Shown here: piece by piece, positions 28,828 through 38,371 of the stretch
Layout: each line of letters starts with the position of its first letter
How positions within the stretch are numbered: the first letter of the stretch is position 1
Source of the DNA: Candidatus Melainabacteria bacterium 17Bon1m
GTDB lineage: Bacteria > Cyanobacteriota > Vampirovibrionia > Obscuribacterales > Obscuribacteraceae
Reading direction: 5' to 3'
DNA length: 64,000 bases
Assembly: GCA_032128875.1 (NCBI GenBank)
Contig: JAVLKG010000006.1
Coordinates: 96,001 to 160,000 of the forward strand
Position numbers and translations under genes: made by a program
Notes under the pieces: generated by a model
The model's database searches: none
What the model saw: the letters and a program-made list of their open reading frames with translations, nothing else
Told to the model about the DNA's origin: nothing

Positions 28828-29102
28828 TTGGATATCTTTGGCTCGATTCTTTTTTGCTTTCGCTTAAAACTTTGATGACAGCAGCGATTCAGCTTAAGTG
28901 ATGTGAAGTCGCCATTATATGGGGGCACCTCCTGTCAAAACCTGTTTCAGCGTCACCTAATCAGATTGAAATGTATAAATCGCTATAACCTTCCTACAAC
29001 GAGTAAACTTGCATTTGTACTCCTTAATGAAGCTGCTTTGCAGCCTTGAGTACTCAACGGGTTTTCAAACGGCGTCCCCTCTCGGTATCCAGGCAAAGTT
29101 TT

Positions 29103-30386
29103 ATGGACTTTTCCATTTACGTACATCGTCTTTTCGGCAGTGAATCAGCCATTCTTTGGAAAGTGGCGATGCCGCCTGTGCTCTATGGCTTGCACGGTTG
29201 GATTGCCACGAGAATGGCAGTGGCAGCGCTTTTCCACCCCTATGAAACCTGGTACTGGCCAGGCACGAAGATAGCGATGCCTCTGACGCCGGGTATTTTT
29301 CCGAAGCGGAAGAATAAGCTCGCTGAGTCAGTAGCCAAGACGGTTACGGAGACACTGCTTACACCTGACGATATCTCCGTCAAAGTGGAAAGTCTCGTGA
29401 CACAAGAGAATCTCTACCTGGCATCAGACGCATTCGTCGATGCTGTGCTCAAAGAATTTCGCGATACGACGAAATTGCACAGACTCGCTTCGGAACTTGC
29501 CGAGCTCAGTCCGGCTATGCTTCAGCACTTGGTCGACTCTGCAATCGAGGGGCTGGAGAAAGGCCGCGATCGCAATGTGCAGGTGATTGTCGAAAAGATT
29601 TTCGACCACATGATCCTGCCCATGCGAATTTCGCTCGAGCAAGCGACAGAGATTTCTTCCAGAATCATGGAAGCTTTCATCACGCCTGAGAAAGTTCGCA
29701 CCCACCTGATTACGTTGCTTTCGCCTCAAAACATCAATGCTTTGGACGAGTCTATCCAAGCGCACGCCGGTGGTCCTTACAAATTGCTGGCGCGAATCAT
29801 CGGCGTGAAGCGTGTTTGCTACGAATGGCGCAACTTCATGGAGAAAGAGCCGGAGGAGAGTATTCGCGTCATCGGTGACTTGATAAAGCGCTTCGGTATT
29901 CGCGATCAGATGGCGATTCAAATTGCCAACTTCGACCTGCGCTCCATGCCCTTGCAAAACATTGCCAAGCTAAAGGCCAATGTCGTCAGCTTTGTCGAGA
30001 ATTTTCTTCTGCACAATCGTGACTCGATAATGGAAGCTGTCAAGGTGGGCGAGGGCGCCGCCATGAGCACTGTGCGCTCGGCGATCATCCGTTTCAACCC
30101 GGAGTCCATCCCTGAAAAATGGCTGGAGCGGACCAAACACAACGTTTCTACATTTGCCTACTCATATCTGCACAGCGAGTTGCGCGTCCTTTTGGGACGG
30201 TTGATTCCGCAGCTGGGCATAAAAGATTTGATAACAACCAAGATCTCGCAATTCTCATCAGAAAAAATGGAGGAACTGGTCAAGAGCATTTGTGCCAAAG
30301 AATTGCAGGCACTCGAATATTTCGGCGGTGCAATCGGTGTTGTTTTAGGGTTCGTTCAAATTCTCATCAATGCAATAGCTCCATAA
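29103..30386 (+). CDS. DUF445 (YheB-like) membrane-anchored protein
   Basis: G..HGWIAT..AV..LFHP...TPGIFPKRK..LA..VA...LLT and C-terminal KELQALEYFGGAIG..LG.VQ. Start ATG 29103 or TTG 29046. Confidence 0.85.
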   Translation: MDFSIYVHRLFGSESAILWKVAMPPVLYGLHGWIATRMAVAALFHPYETWYWPGTKIAMPLTPGIFPKRKNKLAESVAKTVTETLLTPDDISVKVESLVTQENLYLASDAFVDAVLKEFRDTTKLHRLASELAELSPAMLQHLVDSAIEGLEKGRDRNVQVIVEKIFDHMILPMRISLEQATEISSRIMEAFITPEKVRTHLITLLSPQNINALDESIQAHAGGPYKLLARIIGVKRVCYEWRNFMEKEPEESIRVIGDLIKRFGIRDQMAIQIANFDLRSMPLQNIAKLKANVVSFVENFLLHNRDSIMEAVKVGEGAAMSTVRSAIIRFNPESIPEKWLERTKHNVSTFAYSYLHSELRVLLGRLIPQLGIKDLITTKISQFSSEKMEELVKSICAKELQALEYFGGAIGVVLGFVQILINAIAP

Positions 30387-30411
30387 TCGGATTCAGGTAA
30401 TCGGCTGGACG

Positions 30412-32022
30412 GTGCCACCATATATGATGCGAGGCAGAAGGCGCGGATATGTAAGAGCTTTAGAGGCGAAAGCCGGCTCGCGCGCGCCCGTTCGTCCAGG
30501 ACAATTTCAAATCAAGATACCGTCCAACTTTCGCGATATGCTCGTTGGGCAGTGGCTGAACGGCATCGGGCAATACTATGTTTTGCGAACGCTCGGCACG
30601 GGCGGCATGAGCGTTGTCTATGCTGCCAAACATCTGGAGAGCAACAAAATCTATGCAGTAAAAACTTTGCGCATGCAGGCAGCAAGCGACGAGTTGACGG
30701 TGAAGCGTTTTCAGAGAGAAGCAGAAACGCTTACTTATTTGAATCATCCAAATATTGTTCGCATTCACGACTACGGCAAAACGAGCAAGAAACAGCCGTT
30801 TTTCATCATGGACTTTCTCACAGGCGACAGCCTCAATGATGTGCTCAAGAAAGAGAAACTCATCAGTTATGAACGCGTCCAGACAATATTCATGCAAGTT
30901 TTGGCTGCCGTGGCTCACGCGCATAAGCAGGGTCTCGTCCATCGAGACTTGAAGCCTGGCAATATCATGTTGCTCAAAACCGCCCAGCAAAGCGACTTTG
31001 TGAAAGTCGTAGATTTTGGTATTGCTAAGTTTGAAGAAGAGGCTCAAAAGCTGACGCGCATGGGCGAGGTCTGGGGCAGCCCGATTTACATGAGTCCTGA
31101 GCAATGCATGGGCGGTCAATTGGATCAGCGCGCGGACATTTATTCGCTTGGTATTGTGATGTACGAAGCGTTGACCGGCGAAGTGCCTTTTTTTGGAAAG
31201 AACTATGTAGAGACGATGTCCAAGCAGATTGGCGAGCCTGCCCGTCCACCGTCCCAGATGAACCCCAACGTCAAGATTCCGGAAAAGCTCGAGCGAGTGA
31301 TCATGCGCGCGCTTGAAAAAGAACCGAACAAGCGCTACCAGCGTGTGGAGGAGATGCTCGATGATTTGCACAAATCAGTCGAGACACCAAAGAAGAAGCC
31401 GTCTGTGCCCGTTCCTGCTCCCGCTTCGCCCACTGCGCCCGCTGTTAAACCAGCGGCTGCACCTCCGCCTGCTATCGCCAAAGAGCCGGTCAAAGATAAG
31501 CGACCGTCCAAAAAGGATCTTGCCACTACGTTGCCTGATATCCCGGACAAGCTGCCGCCCTCGAGCGCTCAGACGTCAGGCGAATGGCAAAGCTTCGATC
31601 CCCAGCAAGGACGTGGGGATTTGCGGTCGCCTCAGATGCGCCGCTCTCAAGAGAATATGCAGCCCGCCCAACGTCGCGATTCTGTCGAAATCAGCCGCGA
31701 TTACACGCGAGACTCGATGCGTACTTCGCACACCCGCGCCCGCGCCTATGGCACAGGAGATCCGCGGCAGAGCGGCTCTCGGTACTCGAGAATCAGGTAC
31801 GAAGAAAAACCTACTTTTACCGGTCTTGTGATCAAGGCCTTGCTGATCGCGCTTTTTCTGGGGCTCTCGCTCGGCGTAGTAACGATGGGTGTTTTCTTCT
31901 ATTCTGCTGTCAAAGGTGCCCATCCTAACTTGCCGGTCATCAAAGTTGACGAGAGCGAACAAATTAAGCTCGACGACAAACAGGGCGGAGAAAAAGGCGC
32001 CCCTGGTTCTAAAAATCAGTAA
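30412..32022 (+). CDS. Hanks-type Ser/Thr protein kinase with a Pro-rich linker and C-terminal TM
   Basis: LGTGGMSVVY, AVK, HRDLKPGN, DFG, GSPIYMSPE and DIYSLG; TM segment near the C-terminus. Confidence 0.95.
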   Translation: MPPYMMRGRRRGYVRALEAKAGSRAPVRPGQFQIKIPSNFRDMLVGQWLNGIGQYYVLRTLGTGGMSVVYAAKHLESNKIYAVKTLRMQAASDELTVKRFQREAETLTYLNHPNIVRIHDYGKTSKKQPFFIMDFLTGDSLNDVLKKEKLISYERVQTIFMQVLAAVAHAHKQGLVHRDLKPGNIMLLKTAQQSDFVKVVDFGIAKFEEEAQKLTRMGEVWGSPIYMSPEQCMGGQLDQRADIYSLGIVMYEALTGEVPFFGKNYVETMSKQIGEPARPPSQMNPNVKIPEKLERVIMRALEKEPNKRYQRVEEMLDDLHKSVETPKKKPSVPVPAPASPTAPAVKPAAAPPPAIAKEPVKDKRPSKKDLATTLPDIPDKLPPSSAQTSGEWQSFDPQQGRGDLRSPQMRRSQENMQPAQRRDSVEISRDYTRDSMRTSHTRARAYGTGDPRQSGSRYSRIRYEEKPTFTGLVIKALLIALFLGLSLGVVTMGVFFYSAVKGAHPNLPVIKVDESEQIKLDDKQGGEKGAPGSKNQ

Positions 32023-32182
32023 ACTAGAAGCCGCTGCTTGCCGCGTTTTATCTAAACTTTACGGATGGCAAGGTGGCGTGGCAGGGTTGTCTAATTCCGG
32101 CTATCATTCTTACCTGATGGATCGTTTGGGCAAAGAACCACACGCGCGCGGCAGCTGCGCGCCTATTCAGCACTGAGGAAAC

Positions 32183-35100
32183 ATGGCTACCCAAGGAAAA
32201 CTCTTGAAAAAAGGCAGCGCTTCAACGAAGTCAAACAAGTCAAACGGCAAGAGCGCCGGCAAAACCACAGGCAAAGCCGCAGTCAAAGAAGCCGGCAAAA
32301 TTAGCACTAAGACAGCCAAAACCGCCGCCATTACGATCAAGACGGTCGGGGTCAAGAAGGATACTAAAGGCAAAAACGGCTCCCATGGCAAAGCTGACGC
32401 AGCCTATGACGTAGCCAGCGACAGAAATTCGACCGAAAAGAGCGTGAAAGTTAAAAACCTAACTTGCAGTATATACACAGAAGACGCTACATTCACTGTC
32501 GACCAATCGAAAGAATTCAGCCCTTTTGGTGAAACACGCAAAGTCGATATGAGCGACAAAATTACCGTTCGTGGTGCCAGACAGCACAACCTCAAAAATA
32601 TTGGCATCGATATACCGAAGAACAAGCTCGTCGTAGTCACCGGCGTCAGCGGCTCCGGAAAGTCTTCATTGGCATTCGATACGATTTTTGCTGAAGGACA
32701 AAGACGTTATGTCGAGTCATTGTCAGCATACGCGCGCCAATTCCTCGGCCAGTTGGACAAACCTGATGTCGATGCCATCGAAGGTTTATCACCGGCAATT
32801 TCTATTGACCAAAAATCGACCAGCCACAACCCGCGCTCGACGGTCGGCACAGTCACAGAAATCTATGACTACATGCGTCTTCTCTACGCACGCACAGGGA
32901 TTCCTCACTGTCCGGAATGCGACAGCTTGATCAATCCGCAAACGATCGACCAAATCGTAGATCAAGTCTTGGCTCTTCCTGAAGGCACCAAGATTCAAAT
33001 ACTTGCTCCCATTGTCAGCGGACGAAAGGGCGAGTATCAGTCGCTTTTCGATGACTTGCGCAAAGAGGGTTTTGTGCGTATTCGCATCGATGGCGAAACC
33101 CTTCAATTGGAAGACGAGATCAAGCTCGATAAAAACAAAAAACATAACATCGAACTGGTCATCGACCGTTTGGTTGTTCGCTCGACCATCCAGTCGAGAC
33201 TGGCTGATTCGCTGGCTCTTGCCCTCAAATGGGGTAAATCAATTGCGCTTGTCGATATGGGTGAGAGGCAATTGTTGTTTTCGGAAAAACTGGCTTGTGC
33301 GAATTGCAATGTCAGCTTTCAGGAGATTTCTCCGCGTATCTTTTCCTTCAACAGCCCCTATGGAGCTTGCCCTGACTGCCATGGCCTTGGTTCTACCTTT
33401 GAGGTAAACCCGCGCCTGGTGGTTCCGGATCCTAAAAAGTCTTTGAGTGAAGGCGCTGTATATCCGTGGGCGAAAACTAGCAATCCGTATTACGAGCAAA
33501 TTCTCGAATCCGTTGCAAAACACTTCAAATTCTCTATGAAGGTGCCGTTTTCAGAATTAAGCAAAGCGCATCAAGAAATTATTTTGTACGGTACCGGCGA
33601 AGAGAGAATAAAACTTCGGCACGAATCTTATGATGCCCGCGAAATGTGGGAATACAAAAAACCTTTCGAAGGTATTATCAACAACCTCAAGCGCCGTCAT
33701 GAAGAGTCGCAATCAGACCGCGTTCGCCAGGAAATCGAAAACTACATGACGCAATTGCCCTGCACCAAATGCGATGGTGCTCGCTTGCGCAAGGAAAGTT
33801 TGTCGGTAAAAGTAGGCGGACTTTCGATTGCTACCGTATGCCGTTTGTCTGTTGCCAAAGCGATTCAGTTTTTCACCGACTTACCTGACAAAATGAGCGA
33901 TCGCAATCGAACGATTGCGCATCAGGTTTTGATCGAAATCGGCTCTAGATTGCGTTTTCTCTCAAACGTCGGTCTCGATTACCTGACACTGGAAAGACAA
34001 GCGAATACTCTTTCCGGCGGGGAAGCGCAGCGCATCAGATTGGCGACCCAGATAGGTTCTGGACTGTCCGGGGTTCTCTATGTACTGGACGAACCATCTG
34101 TCGGTCTGCACCAGAGAGACAATAATCGATTGATTACGACCTTGCAGCATTTGCGTGACCTGGGCAACACGCTCCTGGTTGTAGAGCACGATGAAGACAC
34201 AATTAGGCAAGCTGATTGGATCATCGATATTGGTCCGGGTGCTGGTGTCCACGGTGGCTATCTGGTGGCGGAAGGCGGTATGGATGACATCTGCAATGCA
34301 CTGGATTCCAAAACCGGCGCCTATCTTTCTGGTCGCAAGCGCATCGAAGTACCGCGCAAGCGCAGAGCAGGCAACGGCAATCTGATGAAGATTGTCGGCG
34401 CGCGGCAGAACAACCTGAAGGGAGTCAATGTCGATATTCCGCTCGGTAAGTTCGTCGTCGTAACAGGGGTGAGCGGGTCAGGCAAATCGACGCTCGTAAA
34501 TGATTTGATTTACGAATACATGCGTCACTACTTGCATGGAACTGTTGCTAAGCCGGCAGGCATCAACAAAATCGAAGGGCTCGATCCCATCGACAAAGTA
34601 ATCGACATCGACCAGTCACCGATTGGACGCACCCCGCGTTCTAACCCTGCAACTTACACCGGCTTGTTCGATGTAATTCGCGAAGTTTTCTCCATGACCA
34701 ACGAAGCCAAAGCCAGAGGCTATTTGCCTGGACGTTTTTCCTTCAATGTCAAAGGTGGACGCTGCGAAGCTTGCGGCGGCGAAGGCATGAACGAAATCGA
34801 GATGAATTTCTTGCCGTCGGTTTTCGTCAACTGCGAAGTCTGCAAAGGCGCAAGATACAATCGCGAGACACTGGAAGTGAAGTTTAAGTCTCGCTCTATC
34901 GCTGAAGTTCTAGAAATGACTGTTGAGGAAGCGCTCGAATTTTTCTCGAACATTCCAAAGGCAGTCACGAAGTTGACCACAATGATGGATGTCGGGCTCG
35001 ACTATATTAAGCTAGGTCAGCCTGCCACCACTCTTTCTGGTGGCGAAGCCCAGCGCGTAAAACTGGCTGAGCAGCTCTCGAAGCGCTCCACCGGCAGAAC

Positions 35101-35389
35101 ACTCTACATTTTGGATGAGCCGACAACCGGACTCTCATTCGCTGATGTGGACAAACTCTTGCAAGTGCTCAACCGGCTTGTAGACGGCGGCAACACCGTG
35201 CTCATCATCGAACACAACCTTGACGTCATTAAGCAAGCCGATTGGCTGATAGACCTCGGTCCTGAAGGCGGAGAATATGGCGGAACCATTGTCGCTGAAG
35301 GGACACCAGAGGATGTTGCTCAAGTGAAGGGGTCTTATACGGGACAATTCCTGCAACAAGTGCTCAAAGCGGCGAAGGCGATGGCTTGA
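32183..35389 (+). CDS. uvrA: Excinuclease ABC subunit A with a 122-aa Lys-rich N-terminal extension
   Basis: Two GVSGSGKS Walker A motifs, two LSGGE signatures and Zn-finger CxxC motifs. The canonical N-terminus [10 protein letters not shown] is at 32549; GAGGA RBS precedes ATG 32183. Confidence 0.97.
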   Translation: MATQGKLLKKGSASTKSNKSNGKSAGKTTGKAAVKEAGKISTKTAKTAAITIKTVGVKKDTKGKNGSHGKADAAYDVASDRNSTEKSVKVKNLTCSIYTEDATFTVDQSKEFSPFGETRKVDMSDKITVRGARQHNLKNIGIDIPKNKLVVVTGVSGSGKSSLAFDTIFAEGQRRYVESLSAYARQFLGQLDKPDVDAIEGLSPAISIDQKSTSHNPRSTVGTVTEIYDYMRLLYARTGIPHCPECDSLINPQTIDQIVDQVLALPEGTKIQILAPIVSGRKGEYQSLFDDLRKEGFVRIRIDGETLQLEDEIKLDKNKKHNIELVIDRLVVRSTIQSRLADSLALALKWGKSIALVDMGERQLLFSEKLACANCNVSFQEISPRIFSFNSPYGACPDCHGLGSTFEVNPRLVVPDPKKSLSEGAVYPWAKTSNPYYEQILESVAKHFKFSMKVPFSELSKAHQEIILYGTGEERIKLRHESYDAREMWEYKKPFEGIINNLKRRHEESQSDRVRQEIENYMTQLPCTKCDGARLRKESLSVKVGGLSIATVCRLSVAKAIQFFTDLPDKMSDRNRTIAHQVLIEIGSRLRFLSNVGLDYLTLERQANTLSGGEAQRIRLATQIGSGLSGVLYVLDEPSVGLHQRDNNRLITTLQHLRDLGNTLLVVEHDEDTIRQADWIIDIGPGAGVHGGYLVAEGGMDDICNALDSKTGAYLSGRKRIEVPRKRRAGNGNLMKIVGARQNNLKGVNVDIPLGKFVVVTGVSGSGKSTLVNDLIYEYMRHYLHGTVAKPAGINKIEGLDPIDKVIDIDQSPIGRTPRSNPATYTGLFDVIREVFSMTNEAKARGYLPGRFSFNVKGGRCEACGGEGMNEIEMNFLPSVFVNCEVCKGARYNRETLEVKFKSRSIAEVLEMTVEEALEFFSNIPKAVTKLTTMMDVGLDYIKLGQPATTLSGGEAQRVKLAEQLSKRSTGRTLYILDEPTTGLSFADVDKLLQVLNRLVDGGNTVLIIEHNLDVIKQADWLIDLGPEGGEYGGTIVAEGTPEDVAQVKGSYTGQFLQQVLKAAKAMA

Positions 35390-35511
35390 GGCTTTGCCGA
35401 TTGTTTTGCCCGACACTCTTTGCATTTATAAGCACACCTACAAAAAATTGGCGTAATACCTACTTCTTAACTTCTGCCAAGAATGTTATTCTTGCCAATT
35501 GAGTCGCCTCT

Positions 35512-36096
35512 ATGGACTTTCAGGACAGGCTCGATGGAAAAATCGTGAGCGAAGAAGTCAAACAACCAGGCCCGGCCGATCCGGTTTTTGAGAGCCTGCG
35601 TAAGCGTGGTCATCGCATCACGACGCAGCGCGAGACTATCTTGCAAATTTTCCGCGAGCAGGCTCACGGACATCACCTGTCGGCAGAAGAACTGCATTCG
35701 CTGCTCTTGGAGAAGGGCTCCAATGTGAGTTTGGCGACTGCTTACCGTACGTTAAAACTGTTGTCGTCGCTCGGGCTGCTTCGCGAATTGGATTTCGCAG
35801 AAGGTCACAAGCACTACGAGCTTAAGCAAGATACTCTGCCGCACCAGCATATTATCTGCATAGGTTGCAATGTCACCATTGAATTCGAAGATCACTTTCT
35901 TGAGGAAGCTGGTCAAAAAATCGGTGCCAGACACAATTTCGAAGTCATTGACGCTCAATTCAAGATTTTTGGGCTCTGCCCCACTTGCAAGGAAACACAG
36001 AAGAAGTCCGGACAAATGCCTTCTCGTATGCAGTCCGAGCGTGAGCGGCTTAGGGCTGGAAGACGTCTTAAAGACGGCTCCGGCGACAAAGCGTAA
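35512..36096 (+). CDS. fur: Fur family transcriptional regulator
   Basis: RITTQRETIL, HLSAEEL, SLATAYRTL, HQHIICIGC and GLCPTC. The start may be GTG 35545. Confidence 0.92.
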   Translation: MDFQDRLDGKIVSEEVKQPGPADPVFESLRKRGHRITTQRETILQIFREQAHGHHLSAEELHSLLLEKGSNVSLATAYRTLKLLSSLGLLRELDFAEGHKHYELKQDTLPHQHIICIGCNVTIEFEDHFLEEAGQKIGARHNFEVIDAQFKIFGLCPTCKETQKKSGQMPSRMQSERERLRAGRRLKDGSGDKA

Positions 36097-36123
36097 AATT
36101 TGCAAGAGTTGAAGAGCTGAATT

Positions 36124-36363
36124 ATGGATCTGGAAGGAAAAACTCTCACTTTGTCCGAAGCCAAGCAAGGACAGAAACTTATGGTCGTAAACACCATCGG
36201 CGAAGAGATAACCATGCAGGCGCTGCGCTTCGGCATATCGGAAGGTGCAGAGCTGACGGTCGAGAAGAGTATCAAGGGTGGACCGGTCATTGTCGTTCGC
36301 AATCACCTGGAGATTGCCATTGGACGGGCACTGGCAGAAGCCATAGAAGTCAAATATCTCTAA
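36124..36363 (+). CDS. feoA: FeoA family protein
   Basis: TLSE.K.GQ...LRFGI.EG.E..V.....GPVIV......IAIGR..A..IEV SH3-like pattern. Confidence 0.9.
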   Translation: MDLEGKTLTLSEAKQGQKLMVVNTIGEEITMQALRFGISEGAELTVEKSIKGGPVIVVRNHLEIAIGRALAEAIEVKYL

Positions 36364-36370
36364 GGATGGC

Positions 36371-36700
36371 ATGTGCAAGATGTCCGAGTCCGGAAAAGCT
36401 AAAACCAGCGACATACCGTTTGTTCTCAAAAAGGAGATCGCTTGTCCTCATTGCAACCTCATCATTGAAGTGCCGCCCGGCGGACTTTTGAGTCGCAGTT
36501 GCGCTCGCTGTAACGGGCAGCTGCCGGAGACGGATGTTTGCAGTTCTAGCGGTTCGAGCTGCTTCAGCTGCTTGAAAGCTGTGGGGGCATCCAGCACGCC
36601 TTGCCATGAAGACGGAGCAGAGAACCCCTTGAATAGTGAGGAAAGCTCGTTAAATGTGGTACAGAGAATTTGGAATTACGTCACACGGCGTTCTTCGTAG
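36371..36700 (+). CDS. Small Cys-rich putative metal-binding protein
   Basis: CPHC, CARC, CSSSGSSCFSC and a further Cys; AAGGA RBS; starts 7 nt after feoA. Confidence 0.65.
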   Translation: MCKMSESGKAKTSDIPFVLKKEIACPHCNLIIEVPPGGLLSRSCARCNGQLPETDVCSSSGSSCFSCLKAVGASSTPCHEDGAENPLNSEESSLNVVQRIWNYVTRRSS

Positions 36701-36882
36701 TGATGCTGTGATGCCTGCAAAGCTCCGTTTGGCGCGGTTGTCCTGTAAGATAAGACTTGAAACCCTCTCGTGCGAGGAACGAGATCGCTGAACGCGAGCA
36801 AAGCGGTTAGCCTGTCATAAATTCAGCCCTTTGCGCAACGACCTCGCGCCTGGCGCGAAAAAAAAGGAAGCATAGGCTCTCA

Positions 36883-37950
36883 ATGAGCAAGCCACTCAAT
36901 CCCTGGAAACTCTCTGGATATAAGCCCGGTCAGAACGTGGTCTGCAGGATCATGAATGCTGAGCCGGGTGGATATGCAGTGCTTATTCCTAAGGATAATC
37001 TGCCGGGGTTTCTTCCTACCCAGGAGCGCTTGCGCCTGGGGGACGAAGTTTTAGCCACTTTCGTGTGCGTTCACAATAACCGTATCCTTCTTTCCGCGCG
37101 CTTCTCGACCAGCAATCAGGCAGTTCAAGGCGCCCCCTCGACCCAAACAGTCAAGTGGGAAGAACAACTCGACAGCATCAACCAGGCGCCCGATCCTAAC
37201 CAGCCTCAACAACCTGGACCAGACGCTGACCAGGCTTTCAGCATTTGGGCTTCTCAGCAACCAACCCGTAAGTTCCATTTAAAACGCGCCATTGACCTGA
37301 TTTTGCCGCCGATCCATGTGGACAGCCTCAATCAATTCAAAATCGCCGATTATGACTTGGAATGGTTAATCACCGACCTTGAAGGTGGAATGCGCACAGG
37401 GTGCGTCAAAGCTTCGTCTGAAGACCGCCTCTCGCGCGCTGCGATGCTTCTCTATCGCGGACGCGCCGTCGGCTGCATTTACGGCTGCAAGTCCATGCCC
37501 GATACGTTGCCGACCGAGCAATCTCTTCAAACAATGCTTACCGATTTGTCATTACCAGAGACAAAGGTAATGATTTACGACCTGCCTGAAAATGTCACTC
37601 TGGCAATGTCTGCGCTATTTCTTGGTTATCCTGTGACGCGCTCTGATGATTACGATGCGCGTTCATACATGGACTATATTTGCAGCTGGTTTGAGAGTAA
37701 GGGACAAACAGCTTGCCTGGCAATCTCGTTAAAACAGACAATGGCCACGTGTCTGGTGTTCATCTATAAAGGTCAGTTCTGCGGCGCCTTCTACGTCGAA
37801 GATCAGAAATTTACTCAAGACAAACAGTTCGTCTATGAACTCTTGCGCAATGATCCAAATTCCAGCGTAGAGGCAAGTATCTTGCCCCCTGAGATGACAT
37901 CATCTGCGGTGCGCTTCGGATTTAGTTTGAGCATGGCCCGCAAAGCATAA
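36883..37950 (+). CDS. Hypothetical protein with an N-terminal S1/OB-like domain and two DUF4388/PATAN-like repeats
   Basis: YKPGQNV..RI....GGYAV.I....PGFLP.....LGDEV.A......RILLS resembles S1. Two L....L.....TG(T/A)C......L.Y.G...G..Y units follow. Confidence 0.65.
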   Translation: MSKPLNPWKLSGYKPGQNVVCRIMNAEPGGYAVLIPKDNLPGFLPTQERLRLGDEVLATFVCVHNNRILLSARFSTSNQAVQGAPSTQTVKWEEQLDSINQAPDPNQPQQPGPDADQAFSIWASQQPTRKFHLKRAIDLILPPIHVDSLNQFKIADYDLEWLITDLEGGMRTGCVKASSEDRLSRAAMLLYRGRAVGCIYGCKSMPDTLPTEQSLQTMLTDLSLPETKVMIYDLPENVTLAMSALFLGYPVTRSDDYDARSYMDYICSWFESKGQTACLAISLKQTMATCLVFIYKGQFCGAFYVEDQKFTQDKQFVYELLRNDPNSSVEASILPPEMTSSAVRFGFSLSMARKA

Positions 37951-38023
37951 TTTTCAAAGCGCTTGTGAAAAGCGCCTGCTTGCCTGCCTGCTTTCTTGCT
38001 TGCGGTTCTTCATTGCTTCATTG

Positions 38024-38060
<37 letters not shown>

Positions 38061-38093
38061 GTCCTGCAACGCTTGCAAAACGTTCATTCCTCC

Positions 38094-38265
38094 CACAGCG
38101 AAATTCTCGAGTTTTTCGCTGTGCCTTTGTGACCTGAAACTCCCATGTATTGGGATTCTGATTTTGAATTTTACTTTTCAAACTAGAGTACATCGCGTGA
38201 AACATTCACGGGCGCTGTTTTCCCCTATAAACACATACAGCGAAATTCTCGAGAATTTCGCTGTA
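38094..38265. repeat. Two copies of a 30-bp palindrome (REP-like)
   Basis: 38236-38265 tacagcgaaattctcgagaatttcgctgta is perfect; 38094-38123 cacagcgaaattctcgagtttttcgctgtg has 2 mismatches. Confidence 0.9.
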
Positions 38266-38371
38266 CTTGGTGGAGCTGAAAATTCGCTAGGCGAGTTAGC
38301 TCGCTATTTTGAGCTCAGCTTTAATCACCGGTATTAGCGGGATCAGCTGAAGATGCAGTGTTCAGTTCGAA

